Source: Squalus acanthias (Eukaryota). From it: a DNA stretch of 64,000 bases. The stretch lies in assembly GCA_030390025.1 (NCBI GenBank), contig CM059433.1, forward strand, positions 18,974,001 through 19,038,000, written 5' to 3'. Positions 23,125-36,849 of this stretch are shown piece by piece. The notes beneath the pieces are model-generated. The model saw only the letters and a program-made list of their open reading frames with translations. It did no database searches and had not been told where the DNA came from. The position numbers and the translations under genes were made by a program. Each line of letters starts with the position of its first letter. Position 1 is the stretch's first letter.

Positions 23125-24335
23125 ATAGAATCATAGAAACTTACAGCACAGAATGAGGCCATTCGGCCCGTCGTGCCTGTGCTGGCTCTTTGAAAGAGCA
23201 GTCATGCTTAGTCCGACATTCCCCTTTTTTGTCCGTAACCCTGTAAGTTCCTCATCCTCAAGTACCTGTCCAACTCCCTTTTAAAATTATTTCTGGAATC
23301 AGCTTCTACCACCTTTTCAGGTAGCGCGTTCCAGATTCCGACAAAACTCTGCAAGAAAAAAGTTCTCATCTCCCCCTCTACATCTTTTGTCAATGATTTT
23401 AAATCTATGACCTCTGATTATTGACCCACTCACCAAAGGGAATACTATTTCTTTATCTACTCCATCAAAACCTCTAAGTCAGCTCTTAACTTTCTCTGTT
23501 CCAAGGAGAACAGTCCTAACTTTTCTAACCTCTCCTCATAACCGAAGTCCCTCATCCCTGGTAAACCTCCTCTGTACCTTTTCTAAGGCCTTTACACCTT
23601 TCCTGAAGTGTGTTGCTCAGAATTGTCTACAATACCACCTCCCAAACCCGCAACCTCTACCACCTAGCAGGCGCATGGGAACACCATCACCTCCAAGTCA
23701 CACACTATCTTGACTTGGAAATATATCGCCGCTCCTTCATCGTTGCTGGGTCAAAATCCTGGAATTCTCTCCCTAACAGCAATGTGGGAGTATCCTCGCC
23801 ACACGGACTGCAGCGGTTCAAGAAGGTGGCTCACCACCACCTTCTCAAGGGCAATTAGGGATGGGCAATAAATGCTGGCCTTGCCAGCGAAACCCACATC
23901 CCAGGAACAACTAAAAAGAAAATCCTCCAGCTGAGGCCTAACCAGTGATTTATAAAGTTCTGGCATGATCTCTGCTTTTATATTCTATTCCTCGATTTAC
24001 AATCCCAAGTAGCCCATATGCTTTTTTAACCACCTTATCAACTTGCCGTGCCATCTTTAAGGATTTGTGTAAATGGACACCGAGGTCTTGCTGCTCATCA
24101 CACTTTTCAAAATTGTGCCATTTATAGTGTACTGTCTTTCCATACAAGGCCTCCCAAAGTGCATCACTTCACAATTCGCCGCATTGAACTCCATCTGCCA
24201 TGCTTCTGCCCATTTCACCATCCTGAAGCCTATAACTATCCTCATCACTCTCCACGACTTTGCCAAGTTTCATACCATCTGCAAGCTTTATAATGCTGCT
24301 CCCTACACCCGAGTCGAGGTCATTTATAAAAATTG
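23125..24335 (-). mobile_element. CR1 LINE 3' portion, interrupted by a LINE fragment at 23626-23920
   Basis: WQMEFNAANCEVMHFG, LYKSLVRPQLE, WNALPEKVVEA..FKRELD; tail (TTCTATGA)n. Confidence 0.85.
23626..23920 (+). mobile_element. 3' fragment (copy D) of the tRNA-headed LINE family
   Basis: Matches 12937-13246 (SWNSLPNS..FKKVAHHHLLKGN* and tail). Confidence 0.85.
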
Positions 24336-25490
24336 AAAAATTTACTGAATCAACACCTTCCATCACATTTCAACAGCACATTAGGATGCATTCAAACTAA
24401 ACAACAGTTCCAGTAACCCAGACCAGTGATCTCTGTCCCATTAGTGGTTCAACTGAAAGTAACGAGCAGCGCTTTGATAAATGATTACTCTGTAATTGCG
24501 CTGAACTAGGTGGTGAAGATTCTTATGTGCAGACTGAAATCAGCTGGGAAACCAACAGGGCTAACAACAGGTAGTGAAGACACCATCAGTGTGACACACA
24601 TCAGCATCAGTGACACAACAGAGAAAGGCAGCGTTCACAATAGATACAGAAGGAGGAAAGTAAAACCAGGTCTTAAATGCAACTCCAGAAATAAGATTAG
24701 ACAAGATGAAAAAGCAACTTTTTGGCATTTAAAAAATATGTATATTTTGAACTAGCGTCTTTGAATTTGGTTCTTCCAGATCAGATACAGGATTGCCTTC
24801 TTTTGGGTCACAGCTGTATTGTTTCTGTTTGCCAAAACCCACAAAAAAGTTACCATTAATGTTGTAAACAGTGACTAAATCTAGATGTGCTATTCACATT
24901 GATACCATCCCAGAGTGTAAAAATAATGTCATGAGACAATCATTGAGAGAATGTTTATTGTTTAAAACTAAAGATTTTGGAGTTGGTCATTTTCAGTAAG
25001 TTTTTAGTCAAGAGGCTAGATCTCAGTGCAATTTTTTTCCTCAGTATGACTTTCATTATTATTTAAATTATTTTCACAATTGCTGGAGAGGAGTGCACTA
25101 AATGGCTAGTGTAGCACAGAGAAGTGACAATAAATTCCAGAAGGGAGCTTGTAAACTAGACATGATTATGTAAGAGAGACTGAGCCATCTTTACTATGGA
25201 CAGGCTGAAGGACAGCTGCATTTTTCCACCTGGTTGGAAGACTCACCATGAAACATATGTGGTCAATGTTTGCCATTCAAATTCACCTGGAGAACTAGCT
25301 GGGTTTAGTAGGCATTGAGAAACTAAGAGTGCTTTTTTAACAAAATTGCATCCAAGAATGCTGGTGCAATTCATTTTTTTTTTTTAAATTGCACCTATGG
25401 ATAACTGTGCTCTTATGGTAGACAAAAATCAGGAAGTTCCCAAGTTTGATCTCTGGTCTTTGCTGATCTCAGCAGGGCAGTGGTCAGGCT

Positions 25491-26797
25491 TTACAACTTG
25501 CCCATCTTGAACATGTTGTCGTCTCCCAAATCCGTGTCCATCTTTCCTGCATCTCCATGTTTGAACCTCTCCAATCAGGTTTCTGCCCGTGCCACAGCAC
25601 TAAAACAGCCTTAATCAGACACAATTGACATCTGATGTGACTGTGACCATGGTGCATTATCCCTCGATCCGTTTGCTTCTCCAACGTCCCTCCTCCATTG
25701 TTCAGCTGAGTGGGACTACCGCTGCCTGGTTCCACTCTTATCTATCCAGTTGTAGTCAAAGAATCTCCTGCAACAGCTTTCCTGCTCCCGCACTGTTACC
25801 TCTGGTGTCCCCCAAGGATCTATCCTTGGCCCCCTCCAATATCTCATCTACATGCTGTCCCTTGGCGACATCATCCGAAAACATTCGTTCCACATGTACG
25901 TCGACGACACCCAGCTCTACCTCACCACCTTTCTCAACTTACCCACTGCCTTGATATTGTCAGATTGCTTGTCCGACATGCAGTCCTGGATGAGACTAAA
26001 TTTCCTCCAATTAAACATTGGAAGACTGAAGCACTGTCTTCTGTCCCTAGCCACATACTCCGTTCCCTAGCCACCGATTCCATCCCCCTACCTGGCTGCG
26101 GTATCAGGCTAAACCTGATGGCGCTCAACCTTGGCGTCCTATTTGACCGAGCTGAGCTGAGCTTCCGGCCCCATATCCTCTCCAGCACAAAGACTGTCTA
26201 CATCCACCTCTGTAATATCGCCAGACCACCTCCCGCCACCGCCTCAGTCCATCTGTTGCTGAAATCCCCATCCATGCTTTTGTTACCTCCAGATCGACTA
26301 TTCCAATGCGGTCCTGGCCGGCCTCCCATCTTCCACCCTCCATAAACTCAAGCTCATGCAAAACTCTGCAGCCCGTATCATTACTCTTACCAAGTCCCAT
26401 TCAGCCATTACCCATGGCTCCTGATCCACCAATGACTCAGTTTTAAAATTCTCATCCTTGTGTTCAAATCCCTCCATGGCCTCGCTCCTACCTAACTAAC
26501 CTCCTCCAGCCCTACAACCCTTGGAGAACTCGGTGTTCCTCCAACTCTGGCCTCTTGTGCATCCCCCACTTTCTTCGCCCAATCATTGGCCCTCATGCCT
26601 TCGGCCGTTTAGGAATGGAATTCCCTCACTAAACCTCTCCACATCTCTCTCCTCCTTTAAGACGCTTGTTAAAACCTACCTGTTTGACCTGCCCGAACAT
26701 CTCTTCCTTTGGCTCAGTGTTAATTTTTGTCTGATTATGCTCCTGTGAAGCACCTTGGACTACGTTAAAAGGTGTAATATAAATGCATGTTGTTGTT
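25491..26797 (+). mobile_element. L2-clade LINE, 5'-truncated, inserted into an old SINE
   Basis: [32 protein letters not shown] and an L2 tail. SINE halves lie at about 25405-25490 and 26798-27030. Confidence 0.85.
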
Positions 26798-27889
26798 CAA
26801 AATCTCTGAGCTGGAGTTGGGTGGGGGGGGGTGGGGGGGGGGGAGAGAGAAAGAGAGCCGGCACAATAATCAGTCTGGGTTTCCAATCCTGACTGGCTAT
26901 CCCTGCTGAAAAGCAAACATGCACGGTCAGCTAAAAATAAAACTGGTCTCAGCTATAGTGTCGATGGTCAGATAGTGTGCCGATATCCACTGTCAAGGAG
27001 ATACAGACCATTATAGGCTGCAAGAAGGCCACTAACATACAGGAAAAAATTAATTATGAACAGCGCAGAGCTGAGGGGGGAAAAAAAAGTACTTTAGAGG
27101 GCGTGAAGGGGTAGAAAAAACAAACTTCACTACAACAGAGACTTTTGGTTTCTTCCCATGAAACTTTGAGCGGATTAAAAATCCAATACAGCTGAAACTC
27201 AAAGTTGCAAGTCTTGCAATGGAAATGCATTAGTTGGCACTGCTTATATCTCAATAATGCACCCTTTCTTCTGTGATTTTACTGGTTTTGAAATAGTATT
27301 TTATGATCTATAGTACTGTGATTACAGTTGATATTTTGTAAAAAAAAAGTCACAGTATTTTAAAAATGATACCAGGGATTATTCATACTATTAAGTACAC
27401 TGAACAAAAATCTGAAATGTAAAATCAAGCAATATCAGCACATGAAGTAACATGGTCATTTGAGGTATAGTACAGATTGGAGCCAATTTTCTCTGCTATA
27501 CGCCAGTTGAAACAGCTGGGTTTTATCATAGAAATCACAAGGGAACACTGGCAGTCCCAAGAACTTTTCATTTCACATCACTTGAACTTCCCCAAGGGCT
27601 TTCTAAATCCAACTTTGCTGCAATATAACTAATCCGGCAGTGTTTTAGATAAATTGCAGTTATCCAACAGATACTTTTCAGCATTTTAACTCAGTATTCT
27701 AGTTCTTACAATCTTTTAAATTCCATGGCTCTGAACTGATAAAAAAAAACCATACATGCGCAGATCTATTTTTTAAATGCTGCCAAACATCAGATTACGT
27801 TGTAGGTAGAATCATAGCGCGAATGTAACCGGGGTTGAGGCACTACAGTTATAAAGAGAATTGAGAAATTAGAATTTTGGTTCACTAGA

Positions 27890-28265
27890 GCCGAGAAGGT
27901 TAAGGGTTGACCTGATCAAGATTGCGAAGGGATATGATGAGGTAAATAGTGATGGACTATTTCCACTGGTGAGATGGCAACAAGGCGGCACACATTGAAG
28001 ATAATTACAAAAAGAATAAAAGGTAAGATTGAAAAAAATTCTTTATACAGAGTGTGATTGGAACGTGCAATTCTCTGCAACAAATCGTTGTTGAAGCAGT
28101 CCATAAACTCTCCTGAGAGAGGAATTACACAGTTGCTTGAAAAGGAGAATACTAAAAGGTACAAGGAGTGAGTAGGAGAGCGGGATTAGGCCAGGTGGCT
28201 CATATGAAGAAAAACAGTGGTGCAGACTTGATGCCCTGTTTCTGAACTGCAACATTCTATGATTT
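27890..28265 (+). mobile_element. Old CR1 3' fragment
   Basis: Degenerate similarity to the CR1 3' region (AGAAGGTTAAGGGTTGACCTGAT..CACATTGAAGATAATT..AACATTCTATGATT). Confidence 0.55.
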
Positions 28266-29446
28266 TATAGGCCATCTTTTAGAAATGAAGGTCACATCGT
28301 TAAAAGCTTTCTAAGTTACATGATAAGACATTAGGCCAAGAATACCTTGAGCCTCCCATTTTAGGTACAGCTATAGCCAAAATCAACATATTGTTAGAAC
28401 TGAAGCTAACAGGCATGAACTTTAGATCATCATGGTCACCATCTGTACTGAGAAAGGTAGAATAAAACTTTTTGGGGAGGTGGTAATTCCTCCTCTTCCC
28501 ATAAGACAGCATGAAATTCGTAACTATAATTATCTTCCACAATTCAATAAAGGAGTCCTAGTCAAACAAACAAACAAACCCATTTGTCCCATTTCTCTGA
28601 AAACTTCTATCTCAGAGAAAAAAAGTTAGTTTATCCACCTTGAGCTACTTTCATTGTATAGGCTTTAAAAACATCTGCATAACAACTACATGGAAGAATC
28701 CACATCCTAAAGCAGAATTGCTCTGACCTTGTTGCTAAGGACATGAATATGACACAGGTGTCCTAGCTCATCAACAATTACCTCATGTCACTGCTGTAGT
28801 GTAGGTTTCATTGGTATATGAAGTATAATGATGGATATACATTACGCTGCATACTATTCACTCTGGATTTGGTTCATCAGTTTCCCAATACCATACTTAA
28901 CTTGATAGCATGCTTTCCTGCTCTCTGTACATAGTTAGGTTTATATACAGTTTGTAAGAAAAAATTCTCATTGTTTGATAAATATTTGAAAAACCCTTAT
29001 GCTTTAAAAAAAAAATGTACATCCTTCTTGAATAACGTGACAGGATAACAGTTTATTAAATAGTTTGAGATATGGGCAGAAATCTGCCACATTCCTACAC
29101 TCATTTCAGGTGAGACAAAGGCTCGGCTGACTGAGACCTGGAATGCACCTACTCTTCTAGCTACAGCTACAAGCAATACTGGCTTTCCAATACAAACACT
29201 ATACACAAACCATAATTTAGAAAGGAAGCTACATCCACTTCTGGTCCGACCAGATTTTTTTGGTTGTTGGTGGTGGGGGGGGGGGGGTGGGGGGGTGATG
29301 AGAGAGAAAAGAGATAAACCCAAAAAGGAAGATGATTCAGTATGCCAACCCCTTTCATAAAAGTAGTCACAAGATCCAATCCTTAGAAGTCCAACAGACC
29401 TAACCTATTGCAAATAATTTCAACCATAACACTTAAGTGAATAAAA

Positions 29447-29622
29447 TATGAAAATGCTGGAAATACTCAGCAGGTCAGGCAGCATCTGTGGAGAGAGAAA
29501 CAGAGTTAACGTTTCAGGTCGATGACCCTTCATCAGAACTGGAAAAAGCTGGAGATCAAACATATTTCCAGCATTTTCTGTTTTTATTTCAGATTTCCAG
29601 CATCCGCAGTATTTTGCTTTTG
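29447..29622. mobile_element. Penelope-derived short element with partly inverted pLTR pieces and an intact hammerhead motif (29501-29540, minus)
   Basis: AAAATGCTGGAAATA... and its reverse complement TATTTCCAGCATTTT lie within about 130 bp. Minus strand AGTT-CTGATGA-AGGGTCATCGACCT-GAAA-CGTT-AACT. Confidence 0.75.
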
Positions 29623-29732
29623 ACTGAAGTGAATAATCTTGATCCAAGTGTCAAACTTTCTTTGGTCATTTACCCACCGTTCAGGACATTGATGATTATT
29701 TGCCCAACAACCTCTTGCACAATACTGTTCAT

Positions 29733-30250
29733 TAAAATAAAAACAGAAAATGCTGGGAATACTCAGCAGGTCAGGCAGCATCTAGAGAGAGAAACAGAGT
29801 TAATGTTTCAGGTCGATGACTTTGTCAGATTTTTAAGCAAGTGCAGGGGCAGGGAAAGGGGATGGGAAGGAAAGAACAAAAGGGAAGGTCTGTGATAGGG
29901 TGGAAGTCAGGAGTGATTAAATGACAAATGGTATGACGGCACAAAGCAAAAGGAGATGGTAAAGGGACAAAGAAACAAAAGATGGGTCTAGAAGAGGTGT
30001 AAATGGGAATATCAGAATCATCAGCAATAGCTGCCATCTGAAAAAACAGGGCAGAGGTTATGGTCTGAAACTGCTGAACTCGAAGTTGAGTCCAGAAGGT
30101 TGTAAAGTGCCTAATCTAAAGATGAGGTGCTGTTCCTCGAGCTTATGTTGAGCTTCGTTGGAACAGGACAGAGGACAGAGAGGTCAGAGTGGGAGTGGAG
30201 CGGAGAATTAAAGTGACAGGCAACCGAAGCTCAGGTCATGCTTGCGGACT
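29733..30250 (-). mobile_element. Penelope-like element 3' fragment
   Basis: Reverse complement of about 2700-3108 (KLEEQHLIFRLGTLQPSGLN region and 3' UTR) plus a pLTR piece. Confidence 0.8.
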
Positions 30251-31359
30251 GTTTATTTAAATGTTTGGATCTAAAGTAGAACCAGTCAATCTTCTGTGGC
30301 AATTCACACAGGGACTCAAGATCAACTGTCACATTCAAGTGGAGTGAGGTTAGATGCGGGTGAAATTTGTACCAGGGCTCTTTAAAGTCATATATTCTGT
30401 CCTAAATTTGAGACATTTTCATTATAAATTCCTATGTCCACATTTATAATGGAAAACTTATTGTGCTTAATTACACTGCCCTGCCAATGGTGGCCTCTTT
30501 TCTCCCCCTTGCAACATTTTGCTACAGTGTGGAAGTGATCCATGGTAAAGCTAGTAGAAGTCATGTAGCCCACTCACATAAGCTCTGTAGTTGTTTGGTA
30601 TTATGGGACTGGGGAAAATGAGGAGGATGGAGTTCACAAAATTCTCCAATGTTATCCTCTGGGGCTATCAAGACTTTTTTCCACTGGATGACCATGACAG
30701 TAGCACAGCATCGGACTTCCTTAAGGAAATAGCATTATCTCCATATCCCGGCTATCTGCTTCTTACCCTTTGTATCCAAGATCTATCCAAATCTTAAAAA
30801 ATCATTGACAAGTAGTTTGATAATACAATGTGACATCCAACAGACACTTCTAGACCTATATCAAAATTACATTAAATATTGCTCGTGACATCAAATATCA
30901 AAAAGAACAGTAATACTATTAAATCCTCAAACTTTTAGTTTCAATGAAAATACTCCTATGCTTACCACATAAACCAATTCTAGTTATTATGCATGACTGG
31001 AAATGACCTTGTCTCTTTATAATACACCTTTATTTCAGAGCCCAGCCATGATAGCATGCTCGCACATTTTTATTTCTGATTTACTTTTTTGGCTAGCTGG
31101 GGTGTTTCCCCCCCCAACCCCCTTTTTCCATAATGTTAGTTTTTTGTGGTCTGTCTGGTCTGACAATTCTCCAACCAAGAGGGTTAGCTGCTCAGAACAC
31201 CTCCTGTAGTCAGTCACCAGGAAGTACCGAGTATAACTTTCCCCTCTCATTTTCTCTTCCCCACACTGCAAAGTCCATTCTTTGCCATTCCCAGTTGAAT
31301 GGCATCACTTTGGAAACAATTCTTAAAATCAGTGATGGATGGCAGTTTTTCCCAGTTAT

Positions 31360-31715
31360 CTTTCCTCCTCTCCCCATTGTTGGGGTGAATGCATCTCCCC
31401 CAAATGGCTATTCGTTGTGTATGAACCTGGACAGTGAGTAGCAATAATCTTTTTGATCATGAAAGGCATAACAGCCAAACCTTATACTATCCTTACCCAT
31501 ACTTGCATACTTCCCTGGAGTAACCGAATGCCCACAGGAATGGGAACCAAGCTCAACTATCCCTTCCCTAGACTGGAACTGAGAGGTCAGATGTAGCAAT
31601 CCAATGATGGCACCGTTTTAAGATCAGCTAATACTACAGAATGAGAATCAAATCTGGGGACTTATGGCTTAGTATTATATCGGGCAGTGCCTTTACACAT
31701 TAGGCCATCAGGGAG
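31360..31715 (-). mobile_element. Old tRNA-derived SINE (AmnSINE2-like by recall); other copies at 25405-25490 plus 26798-27030 (+), 42870-43045 (-), 44425-44800 (+), 55190-55530 (+)
   Basis: Shared blocks across copies: GTTAGCTGATCT, AGCCAGGGTTCCC, CACTGTCxAGGxTCACA, GGxCACTTGGG, GAGAGGAGG. The family name is from memory and unverified. Confidence 0.45.
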
Positions 31716-32364
31716 CATTTCACTCACTGTTATATTTATTTAAGCAGATATATTATCTCCCGACAATGAAACTATTCATCATTAATTCTGAAGTTTAAGA
31801 TCTATGAAGAACTACTGTGCAAAAACAGCACTGGGAAATAGCTGTCACTTACCAGTGAAATATTTCATTTTGCATATACATTCTAAAAACATACTGATAA
31901 CGGTGGCAGCTCTTTCATTATTCTGAAATTTAAGCAATTGTCTGAAACATGCTATTGGATTAAAAAAATCAAGAACACTGAAAATGTCATTATCCAGATG
32001 TTCTCAGGGAAAGTTGGCAAAGCCAGGACATTATTCAGTTGTTCAGTATTTGGTTTCTTTATATTGGAAGAAAATGCGTTCCCCCTCCATGCCACTTCAA
32101 GTTACTTTTCCCAGGCCATAAAAATTAGAGAAATAAAACTGGCAACACTCAAAATGATCAGTTGTTGGACTAAGGCCAGTAATAAACAAATTAATGGCAA
32201 ATAATATTCGCCAAGGAACATTCAGTTGGGTCAGCAGCACATGGTTTTGCATACATCAGGCGCACCAAAAATCTCTCACTGGATTCACAATGCCTTGTAC
32301 AATGAATCCACTTTTTGTATCTGGCTGAATGCATTCACATTGTTCAAAGACAACAAGACAACAA

Positions 32365-32900
32365 AGAGAAGTACAAATCGTGGAGGCCATTCGTGCAACT
32401 AGCTCAAATTTCCAGAGAATCATATAATTTCTCTCATCACAGTAAGTAACAGTCTCTTAAATGAATCCAGAGTTTTTGCCTCGACGACTCTACCTATAGA
32501 ACAAATTCCGGTATTAATCACTGAGTGAAACAGCACTCTCTGGCACCAATTCTCAAGATGCCTTTTACAGTTTGTACCTATTTTCCCTTGTCCTGCAGTC
32601 ATGCCTTTCAAGTGGACATAAAAGATCCCATGGCAATTTTTGGAAGAGCAGGGAGTTCTCTTGGTTTAATTTGAAATACTATTCTGACTAACCTTTGTAT
32701 TCTACTTAATATCATATACTTCTATGAAGTCTCCTCTCATTAAACTCTTTTCAAGACTGAAGAGACGGATTTTAAAAAATTCTTTCCTAATTTAAGTCCT
32801 CTGACACTAGGATCAGCCTCTCGTCTTTTCTCTGCATTGCTTCAAGGTGTGGATGCTTCCTGGTGCTTTGGTAATCCAGTTTTAAGCTGCAGCTAAACCA
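32365..32900 (-). mobile_element. Old CR1 3' fragment with an embedded Deu-SINE piece (about 32590-32665)
   Basis: GRVVEAKTLDSFKR-like remnant; GTGGACATAAAAGATCCCATGGCA motif inside. Confidence 0.5.
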
Positions 32901-33214
32901 GAGAATAATATCAAAAGCAAAATACTGCGGATGCTGGACATCTGAAATAAAAACAGAAAATGCTGACATACTCAGGAGGTCAGGTAGCATCTGTTGAGAG
33001 AGAATTATACGCCTTCAGTATGACAGCCTCACACTTGCACTGCAATGATTCAGCAATATAGCTCAGAATTGTGTTTGCTTCTTTAAGTGTTGTTTTGCAA
33101 TGTCTGGGTGTGGTACGTATGGAGTCTACTATATGTCCAGATTTTGTGCTCGTTCCTTAACTATTTCGACATTATTCACAGAATAAATACATCCCCATTT
33201 TTTCTGACACCAAG

Positions 33215-33632
33215 CAGTAGCTGTGCTCTCGTCTCCGAGTCAGAATGCTGTGGGTTCAAGCTCCACTCCAGGACTCGAGTACCTGATGTAGGCTGACACT
33301 TTAGTACAGTGCTGAAGGAGTTCTACATTATCAGAGGTGCCCTATTTTCAACGAGACATTAAACTAAGGCCCATTCTGCCTTTCAGATGTACTTCAAAAG
33401 ATCCCATGGAACTTTTTCCAAAAAAGAGCAAGGAGCTCGCCTGATGTCTGGCCAAAATTCATCCCTCCACTAACAGTACCAAAACAGATCAATTTAAGTC
33501 ATTTGTTGTTTATGGGACCTTGCTTTGTTCAAATTGGTTGCTGTGTTTGCCTCCAAAACAACAGTGATTCATTAGCTGTGAAATGCTTTGGGGTGCCCTG
33601 AAGAGTGAAAGGTGCTGTACAAATGAAAGTTT
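33215..33632 (+). mobile_element. Degenerate DeuSINE (SacSINE1-like)
   Basis: Colinear with 38322-38745 and 54715-55118. Confidence 0.7.
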
Positions 33633-34069
33633 GTTAGCTCAATCTTGCAATATGCAACACCTTACACATATCGGTGTTGAATTTTATTTTCTATAATCTG
33701 CCCCACTTCTAAATTTCGTCTAGGCCCTTGTGATGTTCCTTGACCGCTTCATGAGGCTTGACTAACTCCCCGCCCCCACCTCTGTTTAGTATCATCACAT
33801 ACAAATTTCACCAACTTGCATTAGGTTTCTGAATCCAAGTCATTTATGTAGATGGGAAACGTAGGAGCCTCCAAGACCAATGTTTGGAGAACTCCACTCA
33901 GTACAGCTCCCGAGCCCAATACCAGTCCCCTAATTAACACTTTCTGCTTTTCCTTCAACTAAATTGTACTCGATTAACAAGTTTACACCATCAATACATA
34001 TTATACTTAATCCCCATTAACAGATACTCAACCATAATTATCGATACTATGTCTAATGCTGATTAATCT

Positions 34070-34420
34070 TCAATCTTCGCCACAAATTCCATGCTGTTGC
34101 CATGACTCCACCCTATTTCCAGCCACTGACTGAAGCTGAACCTCAGCATTCCATTCAACAACACCGAGCTGAGCTTTTGACACCATATACTCGCCATCAC
34201 CAAGGCCGCCTTCCACCTCTTTACCATTGTCCATCTGCTACTGAAACCCTCATCCATGCCTCCGTCACCTCCAGACTCGATTACTCCAATACTGCTCTGG
34301 TTGGCATCACAGCCCACACGTTTCATAAACTGCAGCTCATTCAAAACTCTGTTGCCCATAACTTACGCTGCATGAATTCCAGCTTGCCCATTACACTTCC
34401 ATGGCTTCACCCCTGTGTCC
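34070..34420 (+). mobile_element. Old L2 fragment
   Basis: ETLIHASVTSRLDYSNTAL..LQLIQNS. Confidence 0.75.
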
Positions 34421-36849
34421 CTGTATCTTCCTGCAGCGTGCAAAATTGTCTTGTTTAAATGTAATGTAATTTAAGGTTTTGTTATTTACTGTGATTTATA
34501 TTTCACCGAAGGAACTTCTACACATTGTTGCTCTGTTTTGATCTGTGTTGTACAGCTGATTTGTAATGCTCGTGAAACACCTCTCCCATACAAAAAACAT
34601 TTCCCACATAAAGATTACCCATGAAAGACAGTGCACAGTCAGTTCAAAGAACAACTGAGCTTAAATGGATGAAAAATAAATATTCCGAGAAATAAAAAGT
34701 GGGGAACGGTTGGTGGGTCATGAAAACCTCTCTTTGGAGAAACTGGGTGGTACTCTCCAAGTCATACCTCTGGATCAATTCTTAAAACAGTACCATTTTG
34801 GAAGCATGGGAGGCTGTGCAAATAAATATCTAAAGGGAGAAAACCCAAAAGGAAATAAATAAATGTATCATCTGTCACAGAAATTGGTAACAGGCACTTC
34901 CCAGCCCAGATTTCCAGGTGATACAAAACAACAGCCTCAGGAGGTACATTCTCCTTTTCTGCTCCATGCTGTTATTTGTAAACTGAAATATTCTAATTAC
35001 CTTGACCAAGTTAATTAACATTATAAAGATTAATCACAGCCATTCAATTAGAATGTTTATGATGGGATGCAGAGATTAGTTACCTATTTAGAAAGTAATT
35101 AATCCAATTTAGTTTCTTGGTGCTATTGTAAAGCTTAAATTGATTCGTCATCTGCTGTGTAGTAGCTACCAACATGCCTAATTCATATTGTAAGTGGCAT
35201 ATATGATGGTGGGTATTTAAAAAATGCTAATATTGCAGTTATTAACATTAACAGTTGTATGCAAAATCCACTTGGTGATACTGCCATCAAAATAGCCATT
35301 CCACCTTTAAAGATGCAGGCAGACAATACCCAATTCCATATGGAATTGGACTTTGATTAAGTACTGGGTGGAAACTAGCTGAAACTTAAGGATTTTAATG
35401 AAATCGCTGATTTTTTCCAAGGATTTCTTTGTATAAATTAGTTTCAACTGCTCCAATGAGTCCTTAGGGGTTAGTCCTGCAGATAATGTTTAGTGTGAGT
35501 GATCTGTTCACCAAGTGCAGAGCCCAGTGTCAAGCCAGTTTTGTGTAATCTTATGAACTTTAAGAATTACCTGCAACTCACTGATGCCAATATTCAAAGT
35601 ATACTTCCTGAAGATGTACTGACTGGAAACAATTCCCTGACATAACCATCATGCGCATCATACACAAATGCATTTATTTCTTTTCCCGGGGTGACTATTA
35701 CAACGCGACTGGGATGATTGCCAATTTCCCGACAAATATTTTCTCATCTTCTAGGGAGCCAAATAGCAATTTTTCCTACCATGTCTGACCATGAGCACAG
35801 TGCAGCAGGCCCAGAAGGCAATGTGACTGACTGCCATCAATCTTTATCAAAGAGCAGGAAAGCTAGCATGTGAAAAACCCAGAAACGAAGGTTGAACATT
35901 TTGGAAAGCATATGAAGACAGCAGGGATGGATTAAGCATAGGGAAAACGAAGATATGAATAAATCAGTGATGGGAGCAGAGCTACAGTGTAGGAAGCAGA
36001 GAGTCATGGAAAAAAAAGTTATAAATAAAGAGGTAGAAAGATTCTGGGGACCCGAGACACTGGAAGTGAGAATAAAGATGGTGGACCTTCAAAGCATGGA
36101 CGAGGTTGAGATGTAGACCAGTCTCCTTGTTAACACAACCGGCTTTTTCCACAGGATCTCTTGATCTAATTCGGACAGGCTAACATGAAATCAAGTTAAA
36201 CTTACATTCTGGCAATGAAAAAACCTGGAAAGCTCCACGTCTGAAGATCAAGGTGAAATTTTGTTGGTGCTGGTTGGTCTGATAATCAGATTGATTGTTG
36301 AAACAGAAAATGCTGGAAGGACATAGCATCCATCAAGAGAAAAGACAAGTTATGATGTTTTGGATTTGTACCCACCTTCAGAACAAACTGAACTGCGGTG
36401 TATTTCCAGCATTTCCTATTTTTATTTCAGATTTACAGCATTTGCAGTTTTTCCTTATTATGTTCCTTCGTATTTGATTCTTATTAAATTATATGTATTT
36501 AACAGCTTTTACCCATGTTAGATGATGTGCCATTACGTAACTGCGAAAATCAATTCTACCATTTTAAAAAGTGAAATTTAATGCAGAATTATCTATGTGT
36601 GCGCGCGCATGTGAGTGCATGCGTGCAGTGTGTGTTCTTTTTCCCCCTCAGTGTACAATAGAGACTAACGAGAACTGCTGCAGTTACACAAGGAAAATTA
36701 GACCTGGTCAATTAAAACCCTTCTTGGAAGCTTCGCAAAGCTCATTCACCCGTGGTTGCAAAGTAGTAACAGCTGCTGATTAATGCCATCTTTTATTTGA
36801 AGTGCTGTTGAGTGGAAATGCTAAACTTTCTAGAACTGAACAGCAAGAC

